DNA of 64,000 bases from a virus: positions 45,119 through 109,118 of the IMG/VR virus record IMGVR_UViG_3300027143_000001, one strand, 5' to 3'. The notes under the pieces are model-generated. The model was given only the letters and a program-made list of their open reading frames with translations, had not been told where the DNA came from and ran no database searches. The translations under genes were made by a program, and so were the position numbers. Below, in pieces: positions 21,601 through 30,458 of the stretch. Each line of letters opens with the position of its first letter. The stretch's first letter is position 1.

Positions 21601-22301
21601 TTTACATCACCTGCACTCTGGTATTTATGTAATCCACCCCATCTGCCTTGTGGCATTTCTTGAGGCATCATTTCTTGTGACTCTTGCTGCTGTGGCTGTT
21701 GTACCATCTCTGGTGTAACACCCAGCACTGAAGCAGCCATCTCTGCAATAGCAGGAATACCATCAGGAAAACCTTTCATGGATTCCTGAATAAGCGCCAG
21801 TGTGCTCAGCTTCTGCAAGTTGTTCTTCAACATCTCAGACGCGCTGCGCTTGGTAATGTTATCTGCCTCAGGATTTTTCAGGTCAGCAACGTATGCATTG
21901 ATCTGATATTTCTTAGCAATTTCAGCAGGCGTGTATCCTCCCTTTCTGGGAGAAAGACCAAACACCTTTTGCAACACTTCCTCATCCTTAATGCGAAGCT
22001 TGCGAGTGTTGGAATATATGAATGAACCTGCAGGTACATCAACGGGTGTACCACCCTTGCTGTGAGGTTTGCCGGTAAAGGTAAACAGTTCCAGGAAACC
22101 ATCTTTGTTGGTATCCCCTACAACAACTTCACCGCGCTCCACTTCAATGGATGCTTCTTCGCGGGGTACTGGACCCATTGTTGTTTTGACGTCGTCTTCT
22201 GCATTACCTCCCATACCCGCGTTGCGGTAACGGCTGTCATAGAAGCTATAGTCTACTTGGTCACCCAGCTTAGGGGCGGTTTTGATACGGATTCTTTGCA
22301 T
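18699..22301 (-). CDS. Putative internal cargo/structural protein (1200 aa) with xxGG motifs
   Basis: N-terminal EVERGEVV...GKPHSKGGTPV segment recalled from crAss-like cargo proteins; GRWGG, FKEGG, FATGG motifs separate distinct segments; Q-rich linkers. Confidence 0.6.
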   Translation of the reverse strand: MQRIRIKTAPKLGDQVDYSFYDSRYRNAGMGGNAEDDVKTTMGPVPREEASIEVERGEVVVGDTNKDGFLELFTFTGKPHSKGGTPVDVPAGSFIYSNTRKLRIKDEEVLQKVFGLSPRKGGYTPAEIAKKYQINAYVADLKNPEADNITKRSASEMLKNNLQKLSTLALIQESMKGFPDGIPAIAEMAASVLGVTPEMVQQPQQQESQEMMPQEMPQGRWGGLHKYQSAGDVKKVRPTGDQIGLTPATIVYINGKPHRYMANESQINTFSPNQYVFLNTESGQKFYIDEHSFNKSYNTSVPYDRMYGDQNLHYYIGESNEPFIGDDWYKYNYGIDVNGKKLNTGDLFFKGDSMYRVEWPYAARKFQNHPHSSPSLKARKVTPIYDQNGKITGYNEIYGSQTENLFQSDLIYADRDRQFTKVDLSQGFQNPKQSQQAGAADTNRASSGNAAVLYDPDSQPAPARQTQQQPQQQNTTQRSRPQQAAPARRSAPAPSNLTDFKEGGAYEMPTFTSGYMIPRYQDAGTANQETFVDEVVDPKTNRKVKRYKKGTLNIVRDAETGKIIEVKDTKTNQKKVYNPDGIYVYNAGNKLVDYEAPEVEGYDPKTYQNKYAEDIKSYESIIQGANNQGLRDALFKEFQAILNDPNSTGKIPKETLDQLKGLKQEDVLKYLLQGNKDNLLMRSVYGDEGDFRNSKAWDSFTGTVGQIYDEKGNPVNTKNKVYNAVANRLGIQAMDDVGRVAFQAAYRAANKVGRQPEYIQQFKDAGFDVDATGSKTDQDSDKTGTSYIDDFYGNNTSRQYFGIKEDWQPPEVEKEKDPGKKQAYYCVESEDGTRSVQTVNYDEGSSPVAPTGKKVTPYDSLEKAQAECQEYTTTEVPPGRRKQGPWWAQDIVNFAFESTRDNERFRPAKQQVDFVTPEWTTVTNASTIANNQGVSANFNNMAQNSADGNVALGAMMGNTGETLQNNALSDAQTNTVNGQTSTQAGQFNAQIENTERDMNSKYAYQYNKDLATEGQQNENSQNLQDRNKLRALMAGMTNYQRKKLQEQVKTPQVYIDPISYNAEFSGQGRDMTMADLYVPGYATGYASGSGRKGTADPYAVSAAMNSDAGIKAYRETFEAYKAELGEDAAKQAALAEMNRTNALLRSNPAAALYADPYAGYSNYSGYDIAGMSGVRGFATGGAVVTPDEMFRILIKRKTGR

Positions 22302-22340
22302 AAACTTTAGAAGTTTAAAAGGGTAGGAAGGCTAAACATC

Positions 22341-22360
22341 TCACATTTAGAATTTACAAA
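22341..22360 (-). promoter_or_regulatory. Phage-specific repeated promoter-like motif, copy 1
   Basis: TTTGTAAATTCTAAATGTGA upstream of the 22301 start. Confidence 0.6.
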
Positions 22361-22404
22361 TTTAATCGCAAAAGTCCTACTCTTGTAGATGTTTTTTGTA
22401 GAGG

Positions 22405-24483
22405 TTATAAAAATTCAATCTCACCACCGGCAGCCAGGATTGCTGCAATCTCTTCTGCAGAGACTTCATAGGTTCCACCCTGGCGGTATCTTTTTGTACC
22501 TCCGTAGCGTGCTCCTACTTGTGAGAAGTCTTGCATGGGTGTACCCATTACTAGTTGTGAATTAGGACCTACAGCCATGTTGGTACGCTCGTTACCAAAT
22601 GCATTCTTGGGGTTGTAGGCATTGTACATGGAGTCTGTGTTGTTGGTTTCACGCAACAGTTGGTCGTAGCTTTTGTTTCTGCGCTGGTCGCGTTTTTCCG
22701 CCCAGTCTGCAAAGTAACCCAAACCGACAATAGCATTGTTACCTGCCACAAATCCAGCTTCGTCACCCTGATATTTTGTTTGTGATGTTTGCTGCATTTT
22801 AACGCCAGGATTTTCAACAGTACCCAAACCGCTTCCTACTGCAACATCACCCAACACACCTTCAAGTTGTTGTTGTCCAAGCATTGCATTGTACATACCA
22901 GATCCTGGACCTGTGCCTTTAACAGGCGTGCCTGTACCTATACTGTTTGCAGGTGTATTCTGCGCAGGTTGGTTAGCAGTTTCTTCTGTTTGACCAGTTT
23001 CACTTCTCCACATCTCCATAAGCTTGGCTTGGTTTGCGCTGTTCTGCATTACGTCTTGACGCATTGCATTCTGTGCAAACCACTGGTTAAATGGAACAGC
23101 ACCCCCTGGTTGAAAGCGCATCATACCACCTTGTCTTTTCTGCTGCAAATTTCCTCTGTCCATGTAGTCTTGAAAGCCTGCAGGCATTTGAGGCATTACA
23201 GGTGCAGCACTTGCAGCAGGATTTGGAGTATACATGCTCTCCATATCCATCATGTTACCCATACCTGATCCTTTAGACCCCCTATGAGGAAGCGGCTGAG
23301 ATGCGGGAGGTGTAGTAGTGGATGTCTGAGAAGTTGTAGTAGAAGATCCGCTACCCATGTATCCAGATTGAGCACCAGCAAAATCATCATACATATTGCC
23401 AGCTTCTAATGTAGCACCCATCCCTGATCCACCAGACTTTGTCATCCTGGTTTTTGGATCCGGATTCATATCCTGTTGTGCAGGAGGCGTTGCAGGTGTA
23501 GGATTGGCTTTGTCATAACGTGCTTTCAATACATCCTGAGTGTTACCATACTCGCCAGTACCTGTATTCATAAGCTTGCTGTCGTGCTTGTCTTTAGCAA
23601 ACATTTTCTCATAGCCAAGTGTTGCCCCTGACAATCCTGATGCAAGTCCAATCATACCTTTTAAGAATGAACCTTTTGGTAAGTATTGAGCAACACCGCG
23701 AGGATCTGTCAGAGTTGTAGCTGTAGCCAAACCACGATTCCATTTACTATTGTCAAGGTTCTCCAGCCTGTGACGACTTACTCTGTCTACCTGGTAGTCA
23801 CCCTCTTGGTACATATCGCTATGTGGACCACTATAGTAATCTCCTCCGTCATCATACATGGACAACTCACCACCCTCTTCCCAGGTACCAAAGCGCTTAT
23901 GCCAGTACAGTGGTGAGAATGGATCTTTTGCTTTTGCAGAATCTCTGCCACCCATGCGGTCCCAGAAACGCTCGCGACGGTCTTCACTACCATGTTGAGT
24001 GTAGTCTTTCATACCGTCATATCCACCATGCACCACTTTGTATTGATCTCCTTTTTTAGCAAGCACCATCCACTTCTTACCATCACTTGTGGATTCTTTC
24101 TTTACACCTACTTTGGTGAAACCCATGTTCTTGTAGCGTTCAGGAATTCCTCCGCCATCCTCATAAGATTCCACTTCTTCTGGCAAATCTTCTCCAAGAT
24201 ATCCTCCAAAGCGTTTGCTAAAGTCCATTGACATGCCTCCTTGTTCCATAAAAGGAACTGTGTACACGCCTCCAAAATTATACATACCGCCACACTCATA
24301 GCAGATATTACCACCCATCTCAGCTTTTTTCCAGCCGCCACCACGTTCCTTATACCACTTGGCAGCATAACCGTTCGCATATGCAGAAGGATAAACATCA
24401 TACTTAGCTTTAGCAGCAGCTTTTGCTCTGCTCCAAAGTTCAGGGTTGGTTGGGGTGTTGCCACCGTTTTTCATGTATTCCAT
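22405..24483 (-). CDS. Modular low-complexity cargo protein (692 aa), many xxGG motifs, two small basic modules
   Basis: Nine xxGG motifs flank modules in the first 215 aa; basic Trp/Tyr-rich modules at aa 9-52 and 113-201. Confidence 0.65.
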   Translation of the reverse strand: MEYMKNGGNTPTNPELWSRAKAAAKAKYDVYPSAYANGYAAKWYKERGGGWKKAEMGGNICYECGGMYNFGGVYTVPFMEQGGMSMDFSKRFGGYLGEDLPEEVESYEDGGGIPERYKNMGFTKVGVKKESTSDGKKWMVLAKKGDQYKVVHGGYDGMKDYTQHGSEDRRERFWDRMGGRDSAKAKDPFSPLYWHKRFGTWEEGGELSMYDDGGDYYSGPHSDMYQEGDYQVDRVSRHRLENLDNSKWNRGLATATTLTDPRGVAQYLPKGSFLKGMIGLASGLSGATLGYEKMFAKDKHDSKLMNTGTGEYGNTQDVLKARYDKANPTPATPPAQQDMNPDPKTRMTKSGGSGMGATLEAGNMYDDFAGAQSGYMGSGSSTTTSQTSTTTPPASQPLPHRGSKGSGMGNMMDMESMYTPNPAASAAPVMPQMPAGFQDYMDRGNLQQKRQGGMMRFQPGGAVPFNQWFAQNAMRQDVMQNSANQAKLMEMWRSETGQTEETANQPAQNTPANSIGTGTPVKGTGPGSGMYNAMLGQQQLEGVLGDVAVGSGLGTVENPGVKMQQTSQTKYQGDEAGFVAGNNAIVGLGYFADWAEKRDQRRNKSYDQLLRETNNTDSMYNAYNPKNAFGNERTNMAVGPNSQLVMGTPMQDFSQVGARYGGTKRYRQGGTYEVSAEEIAAILAAGGEIEFL

Positions 24484-24491
24484 AGGTAAGC

Positions 24492-27400
24492 TTATATTTG
24501 TCCACCATCTTCCTTACGTCTGTGCTGATAAGGAATGCGCTGGCTGGATGTCTTTGTTCTTTTAAATTTTTCTTTCTCTGAAGCACTAAGTTCTGACGAC
24601 GTTTTAGGTGTGTCATCAGATACACGTTTAGAGGGTCTGCATGCAGGATATCCTTTACGCTTTTCACCTTCCTGTCTTCCGCAAGGTTTACCGGTTTTTA
24701 CATCAACCCACTTCTCTGCAAACCAGCGGTCAAGTCCGCCATGCTCTCCTCCCCCTACAAATTTACTCAATGCTCCGCCAAAAGCAAAACCTTCTGGTGT
24801 AGATTCTTGTTCATCCATCATCATACCTGCACCTACAGCTGGTATTGCAGCAGGTAACATGCGAATCAACTTGCGTTTATCTTCTATAGAAGTGTTGCCT
24901 TTGAAGAACCTGTTGAGGTATTGGTCTTTGATCATATAGTCTACCATATCATCTGAAGGATTCTGCAATGCCTGAATGGCTTGCTCCATACTTATACCTG
25001 ATTCCTGAGCATATCTCTTTGCAAGGTTCATGCGCGCCACCATTAACTCAGAGTGAAGTTCTTTTGGTGAGGCCGCCCATGTTTTAACTTTGTCTTTATT
25101 TGCTTTCCTATATAATGGAAGTTCAACATCCTCAATCTTTTTAATCTTGTCATCATACTCATCTACAATTTGTATTGCAAAATCATAATGATCATTTGTA
25201 GAAACTTTTCCGGCAGCCACGTCGTCATTGAGCTGCTGAAGCTTTGCATTCTTTTCATCACCTAAGTCAATAAGTCTTTGACGTATTTGCTGATAACCAA
25301 CATCATCTCGCCACAGCTTTGGTTCAACCATTGCATCTGCAAACATTTTACCTGTAGGTGTAGATGTGTTTGCAAAAAAGTAAGGAGTGATGGTTGAGTC
25401 ATAATTTGTAATAGCGCTTGACCAGGGAAAAACTGGATCCCCAAATCTTTGAAAAGTGTGACCTGTTTCGTGTGCACTTGTTGCAGCAACACCTTTTGGA
25501 TCAACATGATAAAATCCCTGATTTCTTAAGGTAATGTTATAATCGTTATTGTTTACACCAAGTATCTTACCCCTATTCTCTGTAATGTAATCTTTAGCAG
25601 TATCAACAATTTTAGAGTCTGCGGCAAGATCTGAAGAACGACTGCTTACAAGCCTTGAAGGATTAGTGTTCAAAATATTGTTAGAGTCCATAACTGAGCT
25701 ATTGGTATCAAACGTCAGTCGGAATCTATTAACCGTTGCTGGATCAAGTGCGGTAGCGCGGTCAACAACTTGACCTCTGATTTCTCCGTCAGGGCCATAA
25801 ATCCACTGCTTGACAAAGTCCTCACCTTCTTTAAGTGCCGCGTCTTGTTTGGCCCATACCTTTTGCTTTTGTGATTTTGTCATAGGAAAGATCTCAAAGA
25901 ATGGACGCTCTCCTTCTACCACTTCAGCCAACCCTTGACCAAGTCCATATAAATGCTCATTAACGGCAGGAGTCTTTTTTTCTCTGACAAACTTAGCAAG
26001 CTTACCATCTCCTTTGGGTTGCCACACACTGGCATCATATGCAAAGCTTCTAAATTTACTAGGTAAATTACCAAAGATACTTGCAGAAGCAGGAGCTGCT
26101 GCTTGTGACATTTGTGCTACATCTTGCGAAGCATTCACCATCCTGCCTATGTTTCCTGCACGTGTAGCATCGTCTATAATTCCTGCACCTACTAGGTTTA
26201 GTGGATCCGATCCTGCTAAGATTAATTCTTCTAGCGCCTGTGTACTGCCGGGTTGAACATAAGATTCCAGGCTACCATAAGTCATAGGCTTTGTACTTCT
26301 GCCAGACACAGCATTTGCCATATCCCCACTGAACGCTCCTCTGACAAGATTGCTGGTATACCCTAATGGTGCAAACACTCCCAGTCGTGACGCATTCTTT
26401 GCTTCTTCAGGACTCAAGTCTTCATCATTGTAGTCAATACCAAATAGATTAGCCATACCCTGGCGGAACTGTGTACCCATGTCTGGGTTCAAATTGTATC
26501 TAGCCTGGGATTCTCCAATAATGCTAAGCTGCTCAGGTGTAAATGTCTTTAACCACTCTTGGCGGTTTCTATCACCTTGAGGGTTTTGTGCCAAGATTTG
26601 TTCTGCTACTTTAGTACGTGCATAATCATATGCCCTTTTTTTAGAGCGCTTGTCGCTGTATGCATCAAAGCCCACCGCACGGGCAAATCCTGTGTCTTCT
26701 TTACCCATCCACTCTTTGGCAAACTTGTCCATATCACCTGCGTATTGGCCACGATCTGACATGACCTCTACAGGTTTTCTATAAGTGAATACAGGGGCGT
26801 TGTTTTTAGTGTCCCACGATGTGTAACCACTATCAAACAAAAAATCAAAACGTCTGTCATTGGCACGATCGTAATTAAACTTACGCTGCCCTTCTGCAGG
26901 CTTTACATATTTTTCAATGAATGCTTCTTTTTCTTCTACTGTCAGCTCTCTTCCTCTGCGCTGCTCCTCACGATTAAGCATATCAGACCACTGTTGTGCG
27001 CCTTGTGTGTATGCCTTCCAACCAGCTTCATATTCTGCACGCTGGTCAGCATTATTCATAGCATCATAGTTTGTAACTGGAGCATCAACGCTTTTGCGCC
27101 TGGGCCCACCTTTGACAAACTTCTGCAATTTTGAATTACTGTAGGTTACACCACCGTCTCGCTGAACTTCATGAAAAGTAAACCACCAACCAAAAGGCGA
27201 GTTCTTATCCTTCTTACCCATGTCACGGTGCAATAGTTCAGCGTACGTGTGCCCCGTAGTGCCATGATCGCGTATAGGATATTCATCCAGGTCATCAGGA
27301 TTCATGTGCCTATAATGATCCATTGTTCGCTTCATCTCAGGATCATCTTTATACTTATCATGCATGGCTTTAAAAGTCTGCTCGCCAAAGTATCCATCGG

Positions 27401-28286
27401 CTTCTACACCTAAAAAGTTCTGGATGTTTTTAATCTTTTCAGGAGTAAGATGATAATATGATGTCATGGCAATACCAGGCTCATACAATCTGTGAGTTTT
27501 ATACTCTACAGTCCCTGGAGTCTTGTACGTGTCTTCGCCATACCTAAGTCTTTCCAATAAAACCTCAAGATTCTGTCCTACATTGCTTAAGCCAGGGTCT
27601 TTGACATGCGCCATTTCTGCAATAAGATTGGATATAAACTCCTCACGAGGCTCTTTACCAACTCCAATTTCATTAAAAAAAGAGTTGTAATGAGCTCTGT
27701 TTTCTTGGTCTGCAAATGCGCCATCAAAGTTAATTTTATCAACACCTTTACCTCTGTTTACCAACTTAGCAAGCTCAGGATAAACATTAAGAAGGTCTAC
27801 ATACATTTTTGCATTGGGATGAGACATATCAATGTTTACAGGATCTGTATCTTTTCTGGTGTTGTACCTGTCACTATTCCACATAAACTCTTGTTCACCC
27901 GCTGCTCTAGCTTTGGCAAATGCTTCATCTCTAGTGGGATATTGAGAGTAGTCATCTAGTCCCCAGTTCTTAGGATTTAACGCTGCCCCTACAGTTTTAA
28001 GCATGCCTGGTTTTTTAATAGCCCTGGTTTTAATTTCTAAGCCAGGCATTGAGGTGCCGGATTCCCATATGTTATCCTGCACATCAAACAGTGCTAAGTC
28101 TTGAGGAGGAACAACATGCTCTCCTTGTTCATTAACATAATATCTTTGGTCTTTGAACCTTGGGTCCAGGAATACACTCTCCCCTGTGGGAAGTTTATAC
28201 TCTCTCCACCCATTCTCTCTAGGACCTCCTGTTACATACTTGCGCAAGTTTCTTTTGCCAAAGTGTGAATTGTAATCATTATTCAT
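24492..28286 (-). CDS. Modular cargo/polyvalent-like protein (1264 aa): PG-binding-like motif, zincin HETGH, C-terminal basic Cys module
   Basis: IQNFLGVEADGYFGEQT (peptidoglycan-binding-1-like); AHETGH at 25458-25475 followed by SPKELHSE; C-terminal GLDRWFAEKWVDVKTGKPCGR...YPACRP. Confidence 0.65.
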   Translation of the reverse strand: MNNDYNSHFGKRNLRKYVTGGPRENGWREYKLPTGESVFLDPRFKDQRYYVNEQGEHVVPPQDLALFDVQDNIWESGTSMPGLEIKTRAIKKPGMLKTVGAALNPKNWGLDDYSQYPTRDEAFAKARAAGEQEFMWNSDRYNTRKDTDPVNIDMSHPNAKMYVDLLNVYPELAKLVNRGKGVDKINFDGAFADQENRAHYNSFFNEIGVGKEPREEFISNLIAEMAHVKDPGLSNVGQNLEVLLERLRYGEDTYKTPGTVEYKTHRLYEPGIAMTSYYHLTPEKIKNIQNFLGVEADGYFGEQTFKAMHDKYKDDPEMKRTMDHYRHMNPDDLDEYPIRDHGTTGHTYAELLHRDMGKKDKNSPFGWWFTFHEVQRDGGVTYSNSKLQKFVKGGPRRKSVDAPVTNYDAMNNADQRAEYEAGWKAYTQGAQQWSDMLNREEQRRGRELTVEEKEAFIEKYVKPAEGQRKFNYDRANDRRFDFLFDSGYTSWDTKNNAPVFTYRKPVEVMSDRGQYAGDMDKFAKEWMGKEDTGFARAVGFDAYSDKRSKKRAYDYARTKVAEQILAQNPQGDRNRQEWLKTFTPEQLSIIGESQARYNLNPDMGTQFRQGMANLFGIDYNDEDLSPEEAKNASRLGVFAPLGYTSNLVRGAFSGDMANAVSGRSTKPMTYGSLESYVQPGSTQALEELILAGSDPLNLVGAGIIDDATRAGNIGRMVNASQDVAQMSQAAAPASASIFGNLPSKFRSFAYDASVWQPKGDGKLAKFVREKKTPAVNEHLYGLGQGLAEVVEGERPFFEIFPMTKSQKQKVWAKQDAALKEGEDFVKQWIYGPDGEIRGQVVDRATALDPATVNRFRLTFDTNSSVMDSNNILNTNPSRLVSSRSSDLAADSKIVDTAKDYITENRGKILGVNNNDYNITLRNQGFYHVDPKGVAATSAHETGHTFQRFGDPVFPWSSAITNYDSTITPYFFANTSTPTGKMFADAMVEPKLWRDDVGYQQIRQRLIDLGDEKNAKLQQLNDDVAAGKVSTNDHYDFAIQIVDEYDDKIKKIEDVELPLYRKANKDKVKTWAASPKELHSELMVARMNLAKRYAQESGISMEQAIQALQNPSDDMVDYMIKDQYLNRFFKGNTSIEDKRKLIRMLPAAIPAVGAGMMMDEQESTPEGFAFGGALSKFVGGGEHGGLDRWFAEKWVDVKTGKPCGRQEGEKRKGYPACRPSKRVSDDTPKTSSELSASEKEKFKRTKTSSQRIPYQHRRKEDGGQI

Positions 28287-28304
28287 GAACGGCAGCGTTA
28301 ACAG

Positions 28305-30458
28305 TTATAAACCTTTGATAAATTTTTGAAGGATAGCGTTCTCATAAGACTGACCGCCGTTACGTTTAATTTCCATAGTACCTGTAGTGGGGTAGTGCTG
28401 AAACATGTTAGCAAAAGTACGCACGTTTCTTACGTACTCGTTGTTTGTGTTATTTGGATTCTGCACAATAGCTTCCTCAGGACTGATACCCTCATCAATT
28501 GCCTTAATAACAGTTTTCTTATCACCTCTTCTCAGACGACCAGGCATGCTGTACAGATAAGGTAAGAAGTCTAAGTAATTGCTTTCATCAAGCGCAGCAG
28601 TCTCACCCTTGGCAGCCAGCTTTCTCAACTGCGGTAGGTTCTGTGCGTTTGCAATCATAGCTGCTACAAATGCTTTCTCAGGATCAGTGTCAACACTCTC
28701 AGGTGTAATTCCGTAAAGCTTCATATCTGCATCACTCAAGTTCTTAAGCTTCACTTGCGTTAGCCCTCTACTGTACTCTGTCTTAGGATTAATGTTATTG
28801 CCTTTGGCAAGACCATTTGACATCCATCTTGCTATAAGATTTTGAGTACTCGCTGCTGTACTACGGCCAAAATCAGATTCAGAAAATCCTCCAGCCTTGG
28901 TTCCAAATCCAGTCTCCTGTCCATAGATTCCAAACGTGTTGGACACAATACCGTTATACTCACGATTTGAAATGTTGTAGCGCTTCATGAACTCTTTCTT
29001 AAAATTCTCATCGTTCACTTTGTTCAGAATCTGATTAAAACCTGCCTTCTCAGACAGCGCTTTATAATCTACATCATATGCCGTTTGAACTTTAAGATCT
29101 TTGTCTACAAACGGCATATCAAAACTGCGCGTTGTCAAGAGTCTTGACGCTTCCTGAAATCCAGGATCCGTATTCTGCATCATAGTTGGCGTACTTACAC
29201 CAACGGTCTCGCCATTCATAGTAATCCAGTTCTTACCTTTTTCTGCAAACATGCCTGGTGAATATGTTTGCCAGCGACTCTCAGCACCTTTAGAACGGGT
29301 AAAGAACTGTGGGTCTTGCTTCTTTATCTTTTGGTCCAGCCAGTTGCGCAACTTTGTATTTTTGTTGTCATTACCAAAATCGCGTGTGATTAACTGAATG
29401 TGTTCATTAGATGCAGGTGCCATAATAGGATCACCATTGTCATCTGTAAGATACCGCCAAATCGTATCATCAGGGTTATCTGAATCGGGATCATCAATCC
29501 ATTCCCCTGATGCGTCTAAATGTTTGTCTGAAGAAGGATTAACTGTATACTCTTGTTCAAACATTGTACCCGTTCCACCATTCATAAAAAGAGTAAAACT
29601 GATTGTACCGTCTGAGTTTTTGAAAATAGAACCAGGTTTTACCAATCCTGCATGATGGGGATGACCTTGATCAAACGCAAACTGTACAATGTCACCACCT
29701 TTAATATCATTAGTATCATAGTTCAGTTTCCAGTTGGGCACTTCACCAGCTTTTACAGCATCTTGAAATGCGGAATTTGAATAGTAGTGAAGGTCTTCAC
29801 CGACATTAGCATCATTAATTGTATAACATACGCCTGATATACAATACATTGGTGATCCATAACCGTTTGGGTCATTGTAAGCAGCTTGCTTAACACTCTC
29901 AGGCATGTAGTCTGTATTTGCAACCTCAAAATTTTGTGCACCTAGCCTATTAATTGCGTTTAATATACCCTGCTCATAATCGTACCTTGGACCCTTGTTG
30001 ATGTTATCCTGTGTAAGGTTTCTGCGATTTACCAAGTCTTGGTCTACCCACTGTGTTCCAGGAGCTGGTTGCGCGTCAATACCGTAGCGGTCTGCGTCGG
30101 CAGGTATTTGAACAATAGGTCTTGCCGCCTCAGCCTTAACGGGTCCTTCAGCTTCTAACCCACCTTGTGCTTTAGGTAAAAATTTATACAGACCACCATA
30201 ACGCATCTCATACTCATCTACGTATTGTGCACCAGGAAAATGGACATTGGTCTCATCATAAGGCTGTAGCTCTGCCTGAATACCGTTATCACTCACAGCC
30301 TTGATGCGATGAGGTGTAGGGTTATACAAAGTGTCGCTAGGAATCCTATAATTAGTTCCAGGAGCAGGTGCTCCATTTAAGAATCCTTGGTTGCTAACAA
30401 CAGGAGTAGTCTTTTGTCTCTGCTCCTGTATGAATCTTAGTAGTACTTCTTTTTTCAT
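28305..30458 (-). CDS. Virion-associated peptidoglycan hydrolase: NlpC/P60-CHAP-like plus lytic transglycosylase-like domains (717 aa)
   Basis: YCISGVC...GGDIVQF...PHHAGLV (Cys/His pattern); GIYGQETGFG...SRGLTQVK...DPEKAFVAA...YVRNV (catalytic Glu and GLxQ motif of SLT/lysozyme fold). Confidence 0.65.
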   Translation of the reverse strand: MKKEVLLRFIQEQRQKTTPVVSNQGFLNGAPAPGTNYRIPSDTLYNPTPHRIKAVSDNGIQAELQPYDETNVHFPGAQYVDEYEMRYGGLYKFLPKAQGGLEAEGPVKAEAARPIVQIPADADRYGIDAQPAPGTQWVDQDLVNRRNLTQDNINKGPRYDYEQGILNAINRLGAQNFEVANTDYMPESVKQAAYNDPNGYGSPMYCISGVCYTINDANVGEDLHYYSNSAFQDAVKAGEVPNWKLNYDTNDIKGGDIVQFAFDQGHPHHAGLVKPGSIFKNSDGTISFTLFMNGGTGTMFEQEYTVNPSSDKHLDASGEWIDDPDSDNPDDTIWRYLTDDNGDPIMAPASNEHIQLITRDFGNDNKNTKLRNWLDQKIKKQDPQFFTRSKGAESRWQTYSPGMFAEKGKNWITMNGETVGVSTPTMMQNTDPGFQEASRLLTTRSFDMPFVDKDLKVQTAYDVDYKALSEKAGFNQILNKVNDENFKKEFMKRYNISNREYNGIVSNTFGIYGQETGFGTKAGGFSESDFGRSTAASTQNLIARWMSNGLAKGNNINPKTEYSRGLTQVKLKNLSDADMKLYGITPESVDTDPEKAFVAAMIANAQNLPQLRKLAAKGETAALDESNYLDFLPYLYSMPGRLRRGDKKTVIKAIDEGISPEEAIVQNPNNTNNEYVRNVRTFANMFQHYPTTGTMEIKRNGGQSYENAILQKFIKGL

